DNA of 64,000 nt from Octopus sinensis (lineage: Eukaryota). Both the position numbers and the translations under genes were made by a program. This document shows, in pieces, positions 1 to 14,131 of this stretch (its first letter is position 1; each line of letters starts with the position of its first letter). Under the pieces are notes generated by a model. It was not told the origin of the DNA and did no database searches. It saw only the letters and a list, made by a program, of their open reading frames with translations. The stretch covers positions 8,494,001-8,558,000 of the forward strand of contig NC_043012.1 of the NCBI RefSeq assembly GCF_006345805.1, read 5' to 3'.

Positions 1-369
1 GCCAGCTCGCCGGCCTAAGAAGAAGGAGGAGGAGAAGAAGAAGGAGGAGGAGGAGGAGGAGAAGAAGAAGAAGAAGAAGAAAACTGTGAAGAATACTTTC
101 GGAAGCTTTTATCATTTATCTTTCGCTTGTTTCAGTCATTTGACTACGGCCATCCTGGGGCATCACCGCAATGGGCTCAGTCGAACAGATTGACCCCATG
201 TACCTATTTTTTGGTCTGGTATTTATTTCATTGGTTTCTTTTGGTGGAACGCTGAGTTACAGGGACAAACACACGCACACACGCACACATGCATGCATAC
301 ACACACACACACACATGGCAATAAATCTTGAAATAAACTGAATAATGATATACATACATGCATACAAAG

Positions 370-472
370 AAACCCTGTTGTTGATGGTGAAATTCTAATG
401 GGGGATCCTTGGATCTAGGTTAGAAACCGGTTCTTTCTATATTGGCAAGAAATCTTGAAATAAACTGAATAA
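370..472 (+). repeat. Repeat family F (about 100 bp), also at 16803-16897 (-) and 23643-23746 (+)
   Basis: ACCCTGTTG..GGATCTAGGTTAGAAACCGG..CAAGAAATCTTGAAATAA in three copies. Confidence 0.85.
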
Positions 473-477
473 GGACA

Positions 478-787
478 TTGTTGTTGTTTGTTCCTTCTCG
501 AGCCATACCTGGCTCATAAGGGCCGGTTTCCCGGTTTCCTTGGCGTACAGGTTCCCCACCTGAACGGGACGCCGGTCCATCGCAGGTGAGTTGCAAGATG
601 CAGGAGGAAAGAATGAGAGAAAGTTGTAGCGAAAGAGTTAGCAGAAGTTCGCCATTACCTTCCGCCAGAGCCGCGTGGAGCTTAGGTGTTTCGCTCATAA
701 ACACACACATCGCCCGGTCTGTGATTCGAACCCGCGATCCCTCGACCGCAAGTCCGCTGCTCTAACCACTAGGCCATGAGCCTCCAC
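478..787 (-). mobile_element. SINE family D (C-like head, different tail)
   Basis: Head GTGGAGGC(A/T)CATGGCCTAGTGG; tail ..GAGAAGGAACAAACAACAAC. Confidence 0.88.
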
Positions 788-807
788 GAATAATGACATA
801 CATGCGT

Positions 808-852
<45 letters not shown>

Positions 853-867
853 CACACACACACACAC

Positions 868-930
868 AACGGTGGGCTGAAAAGTTCATAGGATGGCTAT
901 GAAGGAGTGATACGTATGTTACTACAATTG
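868..930 (+). mobile_element. Tc1/mariner-type terminal fragment
   Basis: CGGTGGGCTGAAAAGTTCATAGG resembles a mariner TIR. No partner end identified. Confidence 0.4.
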
Positions 931-1105
931 TTTCGTCATGAGTTTTTATTTTGATTGAGCAAACTGCAATTTTTGGGAGGAAGACGTTTATATTCGACAG
1001 CCAGACATCTAGCGCCAAGAACACATTAACTCCATTCAGACCTGTCGTAGTGTTGTCGTTGACAATGTCCTTTAAAGCATTCACTTTTGTTTTTCTTATC
1101 TTATC

Positions 1106-1199
<94 letters not shown>

Positions 1200-1855
1200 C
1201 CCCGTGCGTCCGTCCATCCATCTGCCTGCCTGTCTGTCTATCTGTCTATCTATCTTTCTATCTATCTATCTGTATATCTTGCTGTAGTAATTAATGATAA
1301 AAGGGTGGAGGGAAAACAAAACAAATAAAGAATAGGGAGAAAGAACGGTGAGGAAAAGAAATTGCCCGACCTTCAAAGATAAGTGGAATGGTTAGAAAAA
1401 AAACTAGAAAGAAGAGGAAGCGCTAGAGAGAAATAAAAATTAATTAGAGACGAATAGAGAGATAGAAAAATAGAGAAGGAATAAGCCTTGATTCATACAA
1501 TGAACAGGTCGTAAAAAGCTAATAAATAAATAAGTAAGTAAACATAGAATTAAAATAGATAAGGAAGCAAGATAATAAAAATAACAATAGATGACCACTC
1601 CAAATAATGAAAGTTGTATATTTAATATTTCATATCGAAAGCTAAGGGAGTTATGCTAGAACTACCTATTGTAATGAATACTTCATTCGGATATGGACGA
1701 TGCGGTAATAGGGAAGATATAAGAAAATTCGAATTAGAATTAAATATATAACGATAAACTATAGTTTGTCGTTATAAATTATCATATATGAGTTCGGGTA
1801 AGCCTAAGTCGTTTGATTTATCTCTGTTACGACAATTGTGGTATAGGGTTGCATT

Positions 1856-2239
1856 GAGGAGGCGCAATGGCCCAGTGGTTAGGGCAGCGGACTCGCGGTC
1901 GTAGGATCGCGGTTTCGATTCCCAGACCGGGCATTGTGAGTGTTTATTGAGCGAAAACACCTAAAGCTCCACGAGGCTCCGGCAGGGATGGTGGTGATCC
2001 CTGCTGTACTCTTTCACCACAACTTTCTCTCACTCTTACTTCCTGTTTCTGTTGTACCTGTATTTCAAATGGCCGGCCTTGTCACTCTCTGTGTCACGCT
2101 GAATGTCCCCGAGAACTACGTTAAGGGTGCACGTGTCTGTGGAGTGCTCAGCCACTTACACGTTAATTTCACGAGTAGGCTGTTCCGTTGATCGGATCAA
2201 CCGGAACCCTCGTCGTCGTAACCGACGGAGTGCTTCCAC
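1856..2239 (+). mobile_element. SINE family C
   Basis: tRNA-like head GGAGGCGCAATGGCCCAGTGG..GGTTTCGATTCCC and 13-bp TSD ATAGGGTTGCATT. Confidence 0.92.
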
Positions 2240-2271
2240 ATAGGGTTGCATTAAGCAACTAAAGATACGTC

Positions 2272-3036
2272 TGTAGTGGATCTTGCATGCATGAAGTGGA
2301 TTCGATCCACCATAGCCAAATTTAAATTAACACTGCAACAGAACTTTTCCCCCGGTGGAACAATGGTCTTCCTCTGACAGCATTGTACATTTTTCAGATG
2401 CCTTTAGCTAGGTCGAAATAATGTCTTCACCACTTGACCCTTTCTAACTTCTTCTACTTCACCAAAAGCTAGAATAGAGATAACAAGATCACCAACTAAA
2501 TCTATTGTTCTCAATGATATGTCTATCCTTCTGGATAGTTAATCCTTCTGGATAGTTATAAAAGCAAGAACACCCCAAACAAAGATCAGTCGGTGACGAC
2601 TCAACGAGTCCAGTCACATGGTGACGACTCAACCAGTTAGTCACTACGGTGACAACGAAGTCTGGCTGACCAGCTAGAACTTTGGTCAGAAGGAGAAATG
2701 AAGTTTACTGTCAGCAACTGTGAGACAACACCCTACAACTCTCACTAGCTCTAATTCTGTTCTCTTACAACATTACTCTATCTCTCTCTGTAATTACTAC
2801 TAAACAATGAAGAGGGCACAATCACAAACTTTACTTCGCATGCTTTTATATTTATCATAATCTGCCCATCGAGGCAAGGTATTGTAATGTAACGGTAAAT
2901 AACTATTTCCTTAAAACTTCATGCATTGTTCATCTTTCACATCCTATAACATGCAATTATAACAACAAAATTTTATCGTTACAACTGCTGACCCCGACAT
3001 TTTATAATATTGTTTACTAATCAATCTCCCGTTACA
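2272..3036 (+). mobile_element. Solo LTR, Gypsy/Ty3-like
   Basis: TG...CA termini and 4-bp TSD CGTC (2268-2271 / 3037-3040). TATAAAA at about 2557 with TCAGT about 29 nt downstream. Homologous copy at 42323-43109. Confidence 0.8.
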
Positions 3037-3278
3037 CGTCCTTTCATAGATTGATGACCATAGTAAATGAATTTAGACAGATATGCATTTATGTGAAGAG
3101 ATGTAAAATAAAGGCTTAAAATAATAAAAAAAAAGTTTGTCGTAGAATGCGGGCATTTAATCCTAGGTTCCTCCGATCTATTAATAACCTCACCTGTGCA
3201 TCTTAGGAAATATCTAGTCTGTTGCTTTATTTTATCGATCCTGGAAGTTTGAAAGGCAATATTGATGTTCTCAGAAAA

Positions 3279-3850
3279 GGCGGTGAGCTGGCAGAATTGT
3301 TAGCACGCCGGGCAAAATGCTTAGTGGTATTTCGTCCGCGTTGCGTTCTGAGTTCAAATTCCGCCGAGGTCGACTTTGCCTTTCATCCTTTCGGGGTCGA
3401 TAATTAAGTACCAGTCACGCACTGGGGTCGATGTAATCGACTTAATCCGTTCGTCTGTCCTTTTTTGTCCCCTCTGTGTTTAGCCCCTTGTGGGTAGTAA
3501 AGAAATAGGTATTTCGTTCGTCTTTACATACTGAGTTCAAATTCCACCGAGGTCGACTTTACCATTCATCATTTCGGGGTCGATAAAATAAGTACCAGTT
3601 ACGCACTGTAATCAACTTAATCCGTTCGTCTGTCCTTGTTTGTTCCCTCCGTGTTTAGCCCCTTGTGGGTAGTAAAGAAATAGGTATTTCGTCCGTCTTT
3701 ACATACTGAGTTCAAATTCTACCGAGGTCGACTTTACTATTCATCATTTCGGAGTCGATAAAATAAGTACCAGTTGAATATTAGTATCGATGTAATCGAC
3801 TTATCCACTATCCAGAATTTGCTGGCCTTGTGCCAAAATTTGAAACCAAT
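3279..3850 (+). mobile_element. SINE family B, head plus 3 internal units
   Basis: Head GGCGGTGAGCTGGCAGAA, B box GAGTTCAAATTCC and core GCCTTTCATCCTTTCGGGGTCGATAAA, repeated three times. Confidence 0.88.
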
Positions 3851-4163
3851 ATTGACTTCAATGTGGGTTGAACATTGAAGTTGAGGTGCAAACTACCTTG
3901 GAAAACCCTGTTATAGCCAATATCTCCTGACATTCGGGGGCTTTGCCCTGTGTCTTTAAATGTGAATGTTTAGCGTGACACATGACAATAGATTACTGTA
4001 TTAGACAGTAATAGGGGTCAGCTTATGTTTTTGTGATTGAGTGGTTACATAATTATGGGTAATCTTTACGTGATGTGAGGGGAGATAATAACGTTTTGTT
4101 TTGTAAATTGTTTTGTAAGTGCTGAATTATGGACGAGTTATGTTATCCACAGAGCATACTTAC

Positions 4164-4211
<48 letters not shown>

Positions 4212-4433
4212 GAGCACATACTCAAGCACACACATACATACAAACACATACGCACAGAGTCGCACGGGAACACGCAATAATACATATTATGTATGTACGT
4301 ACGTATGTATATATATATGTATATATATGTATATATGTATATGTAAATGTATGGATATATACATGCATGTACCTGTGTGTGTGGTGTGTGTGTGTGTATG
4401 TGTGTATATATGCGTATGTGTATATATAGATAT

Positions 4434-4733
4434 GTGGAGGCACATGGCCTAGTGGTTAGAGCAGCAGACTCGTGGTCGAGGGATTGCGGGTTCGAATCTC
4501 AGACCGGGCGATGTGTGTGTTTCTGAGCGAAACACCTAAGCTCCACGCGGCTCCAACAGAGGGTAATGGCGGACTTCTGCTGAGTATTTTGCCACAACTT
4601 TCTCTCACTCTTTCCTCCTGCATCTTGCAGTTCACCTGCGACGGACCGGCGTCCCGTCCAGGTGGGGAACCTATACGTCAAGGAAACCGGAAACCGGTCT
4701 TTATGAGCGAGGCATGGCTCGAGAAGGAACAAA
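4434..4733 (+). mobile_element. SINE family D
   Basis: Full-length similarity. Confidence 0.88.
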
Positions 4734-4765
4734 GAAGAAAAGATATATATAGGTATATATGTGTG

Positions 4766-4830
<65 letters not shown>

Positions 4831-5241
4831 CTTTATGTATGCATATATTTATGTACGTACTACGTGTGTATGAAAGTATGTATGTATGTATGTATTAGGT
4901 ATGTATGTATGTATACATTGAGGCATCTCTCGTTGCAGACCACAGACAAGGGCTCCATAAGTTGTTACTGAATAGCCGACACAGACGATTTGTTTATAGA
5001 GTGCTGAAATGTTTGTGCCCATGCATCTGCTCACACCCTCCATCAAATCGATGTTACCTGAACAGGTGAACGGTGAGCCACACATAGAGTGCCGAAGTAC
5101 TCGCAGAGGAAGATGTAAAAAAAAAAAGAGGAAGCGTTTTGCTCAGGGATACAGTGCTTCACCTGTCAGGGAATCTAAAGTACGATCGCTAATACAACAT
5201 CCATAACCACTAAGTCACGTGCCCTCTATACATGAAGACGA

Positions 5242-5291
<50 letters not shown>

Positions 5292-5310
5292 TATATGTAT
5301 ATATATATTA

Positions 5311-5364
<54 letters not shown>

Positions 5365-5365
<1 letters not shown>

Positions 5366-5738
5366 TCTTTTACTTGTTTCAGTCATTTGACTGCGGCCAT
5401 GCTGGAGCAGCGCCTTTAGTCAAGCAATCGACCCCAGGACTTATTCGTTGTAACCCAAGTACTCATTCTATCGGTCTCTTTTGCCGAACCGTTAAGTTTC
5501 GGGGACGTAAACACACCAGCATCGGTTGTCAAGCGATGTTGGGGGACAAACACACACACACACACACACACACATGACGAGTTTCCTTCAGTTTCCGTCT
5601 ACCAAATCTACTCACAAGCCTTTGGTCGGCTTGAGGCTATAGTAAAAGACACTTGCCCAAGGTGCTACGCAGTGGGACTGAACCTGGAACAATGTGGTTA
5701 GTAAGCAAGCTACTTACCACACAGCCACTCCTCCGCCT
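5365..5738 (-). mobile_element. SINE family A (tRNA-derived head, CCTTGGGCAAG core-like motif, internal microsatellite)
   Basis: Head GGCGCAGGAGTGGCTGTGTGG (A box) and GGTTCAGTCCC (B box); tail GACTGAAACAAGTAAAAGAG. Confidence 0.9.
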
Positions 5739-5746
5739 ATATGTAT

Positions 5747-5781
<35 letters not shown>

Positions 5782-6029
5782 CATATACATATATATGTAT
5801 GTATGTATGTATGTATGTTTATGCATGCATGTATTTATGTACGTACTACGTGTGTATGCATGTATGTATGTATGTATGTATGTATGTATGTATGTATACA
5901 TTGAGGCATCGCTCGTCACACCTTAAGCTCACCTATTTTGTTATGTTATGTTTTGTATTAAAAAATAAGTTATAAATGTGGTCCAATCGAAGTGTTTGTT
6001 AATCTGTGGTTTTCTCAATTTTCTGATTT

Positions 6030-6140
<111 letters not shown>

Positions 6141-6732
6141 TTCTATCTGTCTGTCATTCTGTCAGTCTGTCTTTACCTGTCTGTCTGCCTGTCTGTCTGT
6201 TTACCTGTCTGTCTGTCTGTCAGTCTGTCTGTCTATATATACATATACATATACATATAAAATGGATGACCTGTAAGTGGACATCCATTATGCTAGAAGA
6301 TCCGCTATGGTCTTACCACTAAGAAAGCAATGTTCTCAAGTAAATTTAGCAAACGCCAGAACGTAAGCGAGCAAGACAAGTGAAAAGATACAAAATATAC
6401 AACTAGATATCCTCGAAATAATTATTCATTAATAAATTGATTTAGTAATGAATAATTATTTCGACGATTTCCAGTTGTATAAGTTTGATTGTCATGTCTT
6501 TATGTAGGATGTAAATAGTAAATTGGTTTTATATAATCCAGACCTGAAGACTGGCAGTATAGTCGTATTGAATTTCTACTTCAGCAATACCGATAGATAT
6601 ATTGTCATGAAACGCGCATTTTCTACATAATTTAATATATGACTCAGAATAGTAATTGTAGATATTAATTTGATAAAATTTAATCTTATATATCTCTATC
6701 ATAGGTAATGTCGTTCAACGTTGTTTGAGTTG

Positions 6733-6825
<93 letters not shown>

Positions 6826-6927
6826 AATTTATCTATAATAGAGCGAGAAATTCATTTCAGTATCACTAAATTGAATTTCTCTCCCTGTGGACTCGAAATA
6901 ACTTCCCTAATATTCATAATTATATAT

Positions 6928-6980
<53 letters not shown>

Positions 6981-7311
6981 TCTATATTATATATATATTA
7001 TATATATATATTATATATATAATATATATAGATTATATATATATAGTATATATATATATATATTATATATATGTATGTGTGTGTTGTGTGTGTGTGTATG
7101 TGGGTGCGTGTGTGTATACGCATATGCAAACACATGCACATACACACCTATACATGTATACATATGTCTGTTTGCTTACGGAGAATATGTAAACACACAC
7201 ACATATACACACTATATATATATATACACATACATATATATATACATATCTATGCATAATATAATGGGCACATGCATTGTTTGTATATATATGTATGCAC
7301 GCAGCTATCTG

Positions 7312-7399
<88 letters not shown>

Positions 7400-7888
7400 A
7401 CACTATATAAATCATGATCCTCTGCGTCCTGAGTATACGATGACTTGTCCATAATTCGGCACTTACAAAACAATTTACAAAACAATACGTTATTATCTCC
7501 CCTCACATCACGTAAAGATTACCCTTAATTATGTAAGCACTCAATCACAAAAACATAATCTGACCCCTATTACTGTCTAATACAGTAATCTATTGTCATG
7601 TGTCACGCTAAACATTCACATTTAAAGACACAGGGCAAAGCCCCCGAATGTCAGGAGATATTGGCTATAACAGGGTTTTTCTTCTTTGTCTCTATCTGAA
7701 CTGTATCTGTGTTTTTAAAGGGCCAGCCTTGTCACATTCAGTGTCACGCTGAATCTCTCTGAGAAGTACGTTTAAGGGTACACGTGTCAGTGGAGCGCTC
7801 GACCACTTGTACGAGCAGGCTGCTCCGTTGATTTGATCAATTGGAACCTTTCACGTCGTAACCGACGAGGTTTCAGTTTACACACACG

Positions 7889-7941
<53 letters not shown>

Positions 7942-8057
7942 TATACATACACACATACATATATAGGAAAAATTGAAAAAGGAGACAAACGCTCAAGATG
8001 TTACTAAATAATTTATATCTTCGTACATCTATATACGTATATATGTACATATATATA

Positions 8058-8104
<47 letters not shown>

Positions 8105-8107
<3 letters not shown>

Positions 8108-8466
8108 GGTACTTATTTTATCGACCCTGAAGAAATGAAAGGCAAAGTCGACTTCGGCGGAATTTGAACTCAGAACGTAAAGACAGGCGAAATACAGCTA
8201 AGCATATCGCCCGGCATGCTAACGCTTCTTATTTCTTATTTCTTTACTGCCCACAAGGGGCTACACACAGAGGGGACAAACAATGACAGAGAAACGGATT
8301 AAGTCGTTTATATCGACCTCAGTGCGTAACTAGTACGTAATTTTATCAACCCCGAAGGATGAAAGGCAAAGTCGATCTCGGCGGAATTTGAGCTCAGAAC
8401 GTAGCGATAGACGAAACACCGTTAAGCACATCGCCCGACGTGCTAACGTTTCTGCCAGCTCGCCGC
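8105..8466 (-). mobile_element. SINE family B, two units
   Basis: Two copies of the core. Confidence 0.85.
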
Positions 8467-9096
8467 ATCAAATATTAAATATTAAGAAAGAAATTCTTGA
8501 GCAATTATTAGTTTGCTTTTCGACTTTTTATCATAACCCAGAAATATGAAATACGCATGCGTAAACTACAAAACGAAAACAGAATAGAACAAAGTTGCTG
8601 TTTTACTTTGTATTTCTATATTTCGGGGTGAAAACCTCTTCTTCAGGACATTCGGAAAACCGGTATACACACACACACACACACACACACACGTACATAT
8701 ACTCATATTTGCATTACATATGAAATACGTAGGCATAAACTACAAATGGAAAAAAAGAGAGCAAAGTTGCAGTTTTGCCTTCTATTTCTATATTTCGGGG
8801 TGAAAACCCCATCTTCGTCGGGGATCTCCGTCGTCTGTCGATGAGGACTCACTTGTTCGATCACCTGATTACCTGCCTCTGAATTAACCTGTAAGTGGCT
8901 GGGTATCCCACAGACACGTGGGCCCATTAATATAATTCTCAGGCACAATCAGTATGACAGCGTATGACAAGGATTCTCTTTCTGAATTACCGATAAAATC
9001 CATTCGACGGGATTCTTTACAGTTTCCGTTTGGCCTATTTCGCTCACAAGATCTGAGTCAACACGAGGCTACAGAAAATGGTATTTGCCCAAGGCG

Positions 9097-9260
9097 GTAC
9101 GCAGGAGTGGCTGTGTGGTAAGTAGCTTGCTTACGAATCACATGGTTCCGGGTTCAGTCCCACTGCGTGGCACCTTGGGTAAGTGTCTTCTTCTATAGCC
9201 TCGGGCCGACCAAAGCCTTCTGAGTATATTTGGTAGACGGAAACTGAAAGAAGCCCGTCG

Positions 9261-9294
<34 letters not shown>

Positions 9295-9548
9295 TGTATG
9301 TATGTATGTATGTATGTATGTATGTATGTATGTATCTATGTGTGTGTATATGTTTGTGTGTGTTTGTTCCCCAACATCGCTTGACAACCAATGCTGGTGT
9401 GTTTACGTCCCCGTAACTTAGCGGTTCGGCAAAAGAGACCGATAGAATAAGTACTAGACTTACAAAGAATAAATCCCGGGGTCGATTTGCTCGACTAAAG
9501 GCGGTGCTCCCGCATGGCCACAGTCAAATGACTGAAACAAGTAAAAGA
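9097..9548 (+). mobile_element. SINE family A, running into the assembly gap
   Basis: Full head, internal (TATG)n and tail. Confidence 0.9.
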
Positions 9549-9648
9549 NNNNNNNNNNNNNNNNNNNNNNNNNNNNNNNNNNNNNNNNNNNNNNNNNNNN
9601 NNNNNNNNNNNNNNNNNNNNNNNNNNNNNNNNNNNNNNNNNNNNNNNN
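9549..9648. other. Assembly gap (100 N)
   Basis: Exactly 100 N, typical of a scaffolding gap of unknown size. Confidence 0.99.
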
Positions 9649-10188
9649 GTAGTTTATGTCAATCATGTTCAATTAATAAATTATAATCTCTCTTGTTATC
9701 TGTTTGTGTATATGTCTCTACGCATGCGCATGTGTACCTCCGGCACCAAAAAAACACTGCTGTCAAAACCGGTTCAGTGTCCGGGCACCCGTGCCAAATC
9801 TTCAGCACCGAAACTGCCGCGCTCCATTGTCTCATCCTGAGATATTTTTTGGTGTCTTTCCCAGCTAAGTTCTGATAACAATCCGGTGCAACGACAAAAC
9901 TACCGGTCAGTAATTGGTCAAAGTGATGACCCTTCCAATGAACAAACATCGATAGTGTGGAGAGGAGAAACTTGTGTGAAAGAGCAATTAGCAGTCTTTC
10001 TCAAAGAATCTTGTCCAGACTTGCACACATAATTTCATATAAATATCAAGGCTTGACTGACGGAGACCCCAAGCAGAATGATGAACTTCTAACGGAGGAA
10101 TGAGAAAGGGACGTCTTACATCTTCTTCCTTTATATGGTTTTATAAGGGATATAAGAACTCGTTAACGTAAAAGCTACAAAGCCAAGG

Positions 10189-10325
10189 TGTCACTGTGCC
10201 ATGATGTCACTGTGCCATGATGTCACTGTGCCATGATGCCACTGTGCCATGATGTCACTGTGCCATGATGTCACTGTGCCATGATTCCACTGTGCCATGA
10301 TTCCACTGTGCCATGGTGTCACTGT
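10189..10325. repeat. 16-bp minisatellite (TGTCACTGTGCCATGA) x 8.5
   Basis: Counted directly. Decayed copies continue to about 10515. Confidence 0.95.
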
Positions 10326-10799
10326 AGCGTAATGTGCCGTGATGCCATTGTGCCAGTCTACCGTGGTGTCGTTACGTTGCAGTGCCGCAGTTAGTCACAT
10401 AGCACCAGAGTGTTGCACTGTCAAGTGCAGCAGTGTCACCGTGCCATTGTACTGCGGGGAAGTAGGTTCTCAGTGTCACTGTGCCGCAGCTCCTCAGTGT
10501 CACAATGTGCCGCCGTCAGTGTGTAACTCTTTCAGTCACCTCTTTCTGTGTTTATTTTCCCCAAATAATAGTCATTGTTTCTAATTTCAGAACAAAGCCA
10601 ATAGTTTTGAGGGGAGGGGCCCTAGTTGATACAATCGGCTCCAGGACTTGACTGGTTCTTTGTTTTATCAATGTCGAAAGAAGGAAAAGTAAAGTTGGCC
10701 TCAGCGGGATTTTAAATGAGTTCGTAAAGAGCTGGAAAGAAATGCTATCTGTCGTTTTATTCCGAGGCGCTAACAGTTCTTCTGCCAGTATTAAAGTCA

Positions 10800-11221
10800 C
10801 CACTACGACTACGACGACCACCACCACTAAAACCACCACCACCACCACCACCACCGAAACCACCACCACCACCACCACCACCACCACCACCAAAACCACC
10901 ACCACCACCACCAAAACCACCACCACCACCACCACCACCACCACCACCACCAAAACCACCACCACCAAAACCACCACCACCACCACTACCACCACCACCA
11001 CCACCACCACCACCACCACCACCACCACCAAAACCACCACCACCACCACTACCACCACCACCACCACCACCACCATCACCACCATCATCATCATCAGTAG
11101 TCGCAGCAGCAGCAGCAACGGTTGCAGCAGCAGCAGTCGCAGCAGCAGTCGCAGCAGCAGTAGTAATAACAGAAGAAGAAGAAGAAGAAGAAGAAGAAGA
11201 AGAGAAGAAGAAGAAGAAGAA

Positions 11222-11252
<31 letters not shown>

Positions 11253-11260
11253 TCGATGAT
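10800..11260. repeat. Compound trinucleotide tract (ACC)n-(ATC)n-(AGC)n-(AGA)n-(GAT)n
   Basis: Direct reading. Confidence 0.95.
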
Positions 11261-11964
11261 AACAAAAAACACAATTTACGAATATAAAAAAAGCAAGCAA
11301 CGCTGAGAACATAAAGGACGAGTATAGAACCAACAGGTGCAAAACAAGCGAAATAATCAACAGAGACATATCCAGGTCGAGATCAGCCACAAGAAGAAGA
11401 AAAAACAAAAAAAGACTAACAAAAAGCAAACAAGGCCAACACATACAAAAATATATATAAATAAAAAAATGAATATAAGGAAGATCTAAGAATAGGAAAT
11501 TCTAAATGTGGAAATCATCATTATGGCAGTGAAAAGTTGAAAATAATTCAAGAATTGTAAACAATAGAAGTTTCTATGCATTAAAAAATGCATAGAATAA
11601 AAATAACAAAAAAAAAAAAAAATTAGTGAAAACATGGAAAAAAAAACTCAGCAAAACAAACACAAACATTAATAACACCAGGTCAAATAAAATAATTTAT
11701 GCAGCAGTCATTTGTAGTTAGAAAGGTAAATTGGTTCCCCGTCAGATCTACTCAAATAGAAATGACAAAAAGCAAGCAATGAGGATGAGAAATATACAGA
11801 AAATGGTTGTAAAATATTTCAATTGTTAATAAAATCAATACTGAAGTTATAGAACTAAAAAAAACGAAAAGGAAAGGAAAATATACAGCAGAGAATTAAG
11901 AAAACAAAAGTAACCGGAGTCAAAGAACGCTTGAAACAAAAGATCTTTGCTAAATCGTGAAGGA

Positions 11965-12118
11965 CCAGAGGGCGCACACTCTCCTACCCTGATGTAATCT
12001 CCAGGGATACGGGCATCCAGCAACAGGACCTCCGTAATGCTATGATGGACCGTGAAGTCTGGCGTAGCATGGTAAATTCCATTGTCTCGACCACGGTCGA
12101 ACAATGATGATGATGATG
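11965..12118 (+). mobile_element. 3' end of an RTE-like LINE
   Basis: RGRTLSYPDVISRDTG..AMMDREVWRSMV-stop followed by a (TGA)n tail. Confidence 0.7.
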
Positions 12119-12288
12119 TGAAGGACCTGTTAATATAAAAACCGACAACGATTTTACAAAGGACTTTTTGATTTCTAAGAAAAGTTAGGAGATACCTGGA
12201 CATGCTAAGATTCCAAATTTCTCGCTCTAATATTTAACAGGGTTTTATAAAGTGCCATCAGAGAAGTTTTAATAAGTTACAGACAGAA

Positions 12289-12713
12289 GGCGTAGGAGTG
12301 GCTGTGTGGTAAGTAGCTTGTTTACCAACTACATGATTCCGGGTTCAGTCCTACTGCGTGGCACCTTGGGCAAGTGTGTTCTACTATAGCCTCGGGCCGA
12401 CCAAAGCCTTGTGAGTAGATTAGGTAGACGGAAACTGAAAGAAGCCCGTCGTATATATGTATATATGTGTATATATGTGTGTGTATATGTTTGTGTGTCT
12501 GTGTTTGTCCCGCCAACATCACTTGACAACCGATGCTGGTGTGTTTACGTCACCGTAACTTAGCTGTTCGGCAAAAGAGACTGCTAGAATAAGTACTAGG
12601 CTTACAAAGAATAAGTCCTGGGGTCGATTTGCTCGACTAAAGGCGGTGCTCCAGCATGGCCACAGTCAAATGACAGAAACAAGTAAAAGAGTAAAAGAGT
12701 AAAGAGTAAAGAG
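12289..12713 (+). mobile_element. SINE family A
   Basis: Full-length copy with (AAGAGTA)n tail. Confidence 0.9.
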
Positions 12714-13802
12714 AAACAGAGACAACATCTGATTGGATCATTCAAGGGAAAGACATCTTAATCCCCAGGATTAAAGAAACAATAATCCCCGAAGAAGCGA
12801 CAGACCCACAACCTGTTTTCTTATAACTTACATGGCTGAGAAAAAAAAGAAAAACAAAACAAAACATAAACAAAAACAAAAGCAAAACAACTTGTTTTCG
12901 GAAGATCAGAAGTGGTGATGCGAAGGCTCACATGGCTATAATGACCAATTACTGATCAATAAAACCAGAACGGAAGTCTACAGAAGGATAGAGAGCAATA
13001 TATGAATTGATTAATAAGGTTCCTCCTATGTGAATCGTGGAAGCAGCCGCCGTGAGTAAGGCAGCACCAGTAATAAGAAAAATATACAAAACAAAAGAGG
13101 AAATTATAAAAACTGGAGCCAATTCCATTAGAAGAGGAATATTCCAAAGAAACTACGCCTATCACTGCTTTTCTGTTCGGCTAAACAGAATTAGCTGACA
13201 CGTTAAACAGGGCTGGACTCGGATGCAAATACATTGGTAAGACAATTGACTCTACGCTGGGGGATAAGAAACAACAAGAAACACTACTGCAGACAGTACA
13301 CGGGTTTCCCAATGATATGAAATTCTAATTAGAAAAATCTAAGAAACGAAATTAAAGGAGATAAAAATTAATAAAAAGATAAAGTGAGATCAGAGAATTA
13401 GATCAAACATTGGCACACAAATAATTAAGAATCAATAACTCCAACAGTATATATACAATAACTCCAACTGTATATATATATATACGACACACACAAATAG
13501 AAAAAAGAAAGATGAAGAAAGAATATTATAGAAGAATTAGTTTAATACTTGATACAGAGATAAATACAAACATATAGTATAAATATACATAAATATACAC
13601 AAGGAAAGGTCTCCGAGATTGAGAATGCGCCTTTGGGGCAGGCTGATACAAACAGACAATGAAATCAAGGCAATCGGCCTTGTAATTGTTGTCAAGGACC
13701 AAGAAAAGGAAATGCTTCGTAGCGAGATTACGGTCCTCGTGGCCGATGTTGTATCTCTAAAGAGCAATGGAAACGTTACACAGCTATAAAGATGCAGAAA
13801 TA

Positions 13803-13803
13803 C

Positions 13804-13834
<31 letters not shown>

Positions 13835-14097
13835 TGTATGTATGTATGTATGTATGTATGTCTGTATGTATGTATGTATGTATGAGTATGTATGTATGTA
13901 TGTATGGTAATGTGTATGTATGTATGATGTATGTATGTATGTACGTGGTGTGATGTATGTATGTAATGTGTATGTATGTATGTATGTATGTATGTATATG
14001 ATTTATATATATGTACGTATGTACGTATGTATGTATGTATGTACGTATGTACGTATGTATGTATGTATGTACGTATGTACGTATGTATGTATGTATG

Positions 14098-14131
<34 letters not shown>

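Noticed and set aside
1856-1930. tRNA-like sequences at SINE heads
   Set aside because: A and B boxes are present, but there is no complete cloverleaf or acceptor stem, and each continues into a SINE body with TSDs.
1940-2191. Recurring peptides such as MVVIPAVLFHHNFLSLLLPV and MSSDVGGTNT in several ORFs
   Set aside because: They recur because they are translations of SINE families C and A, not a protein family.
10742-11287. 181-aa poly-Thr/Ser/Arg/Glu/Asp ORF resembling a mucin, and the antisense poly-Val and poly-Gly ORFs
   Set aside because: Pure trinucleotide tracts are open in several frames by construction. There are no splice signals or unique coding flanks, and the 5' part is a SINE remnant.
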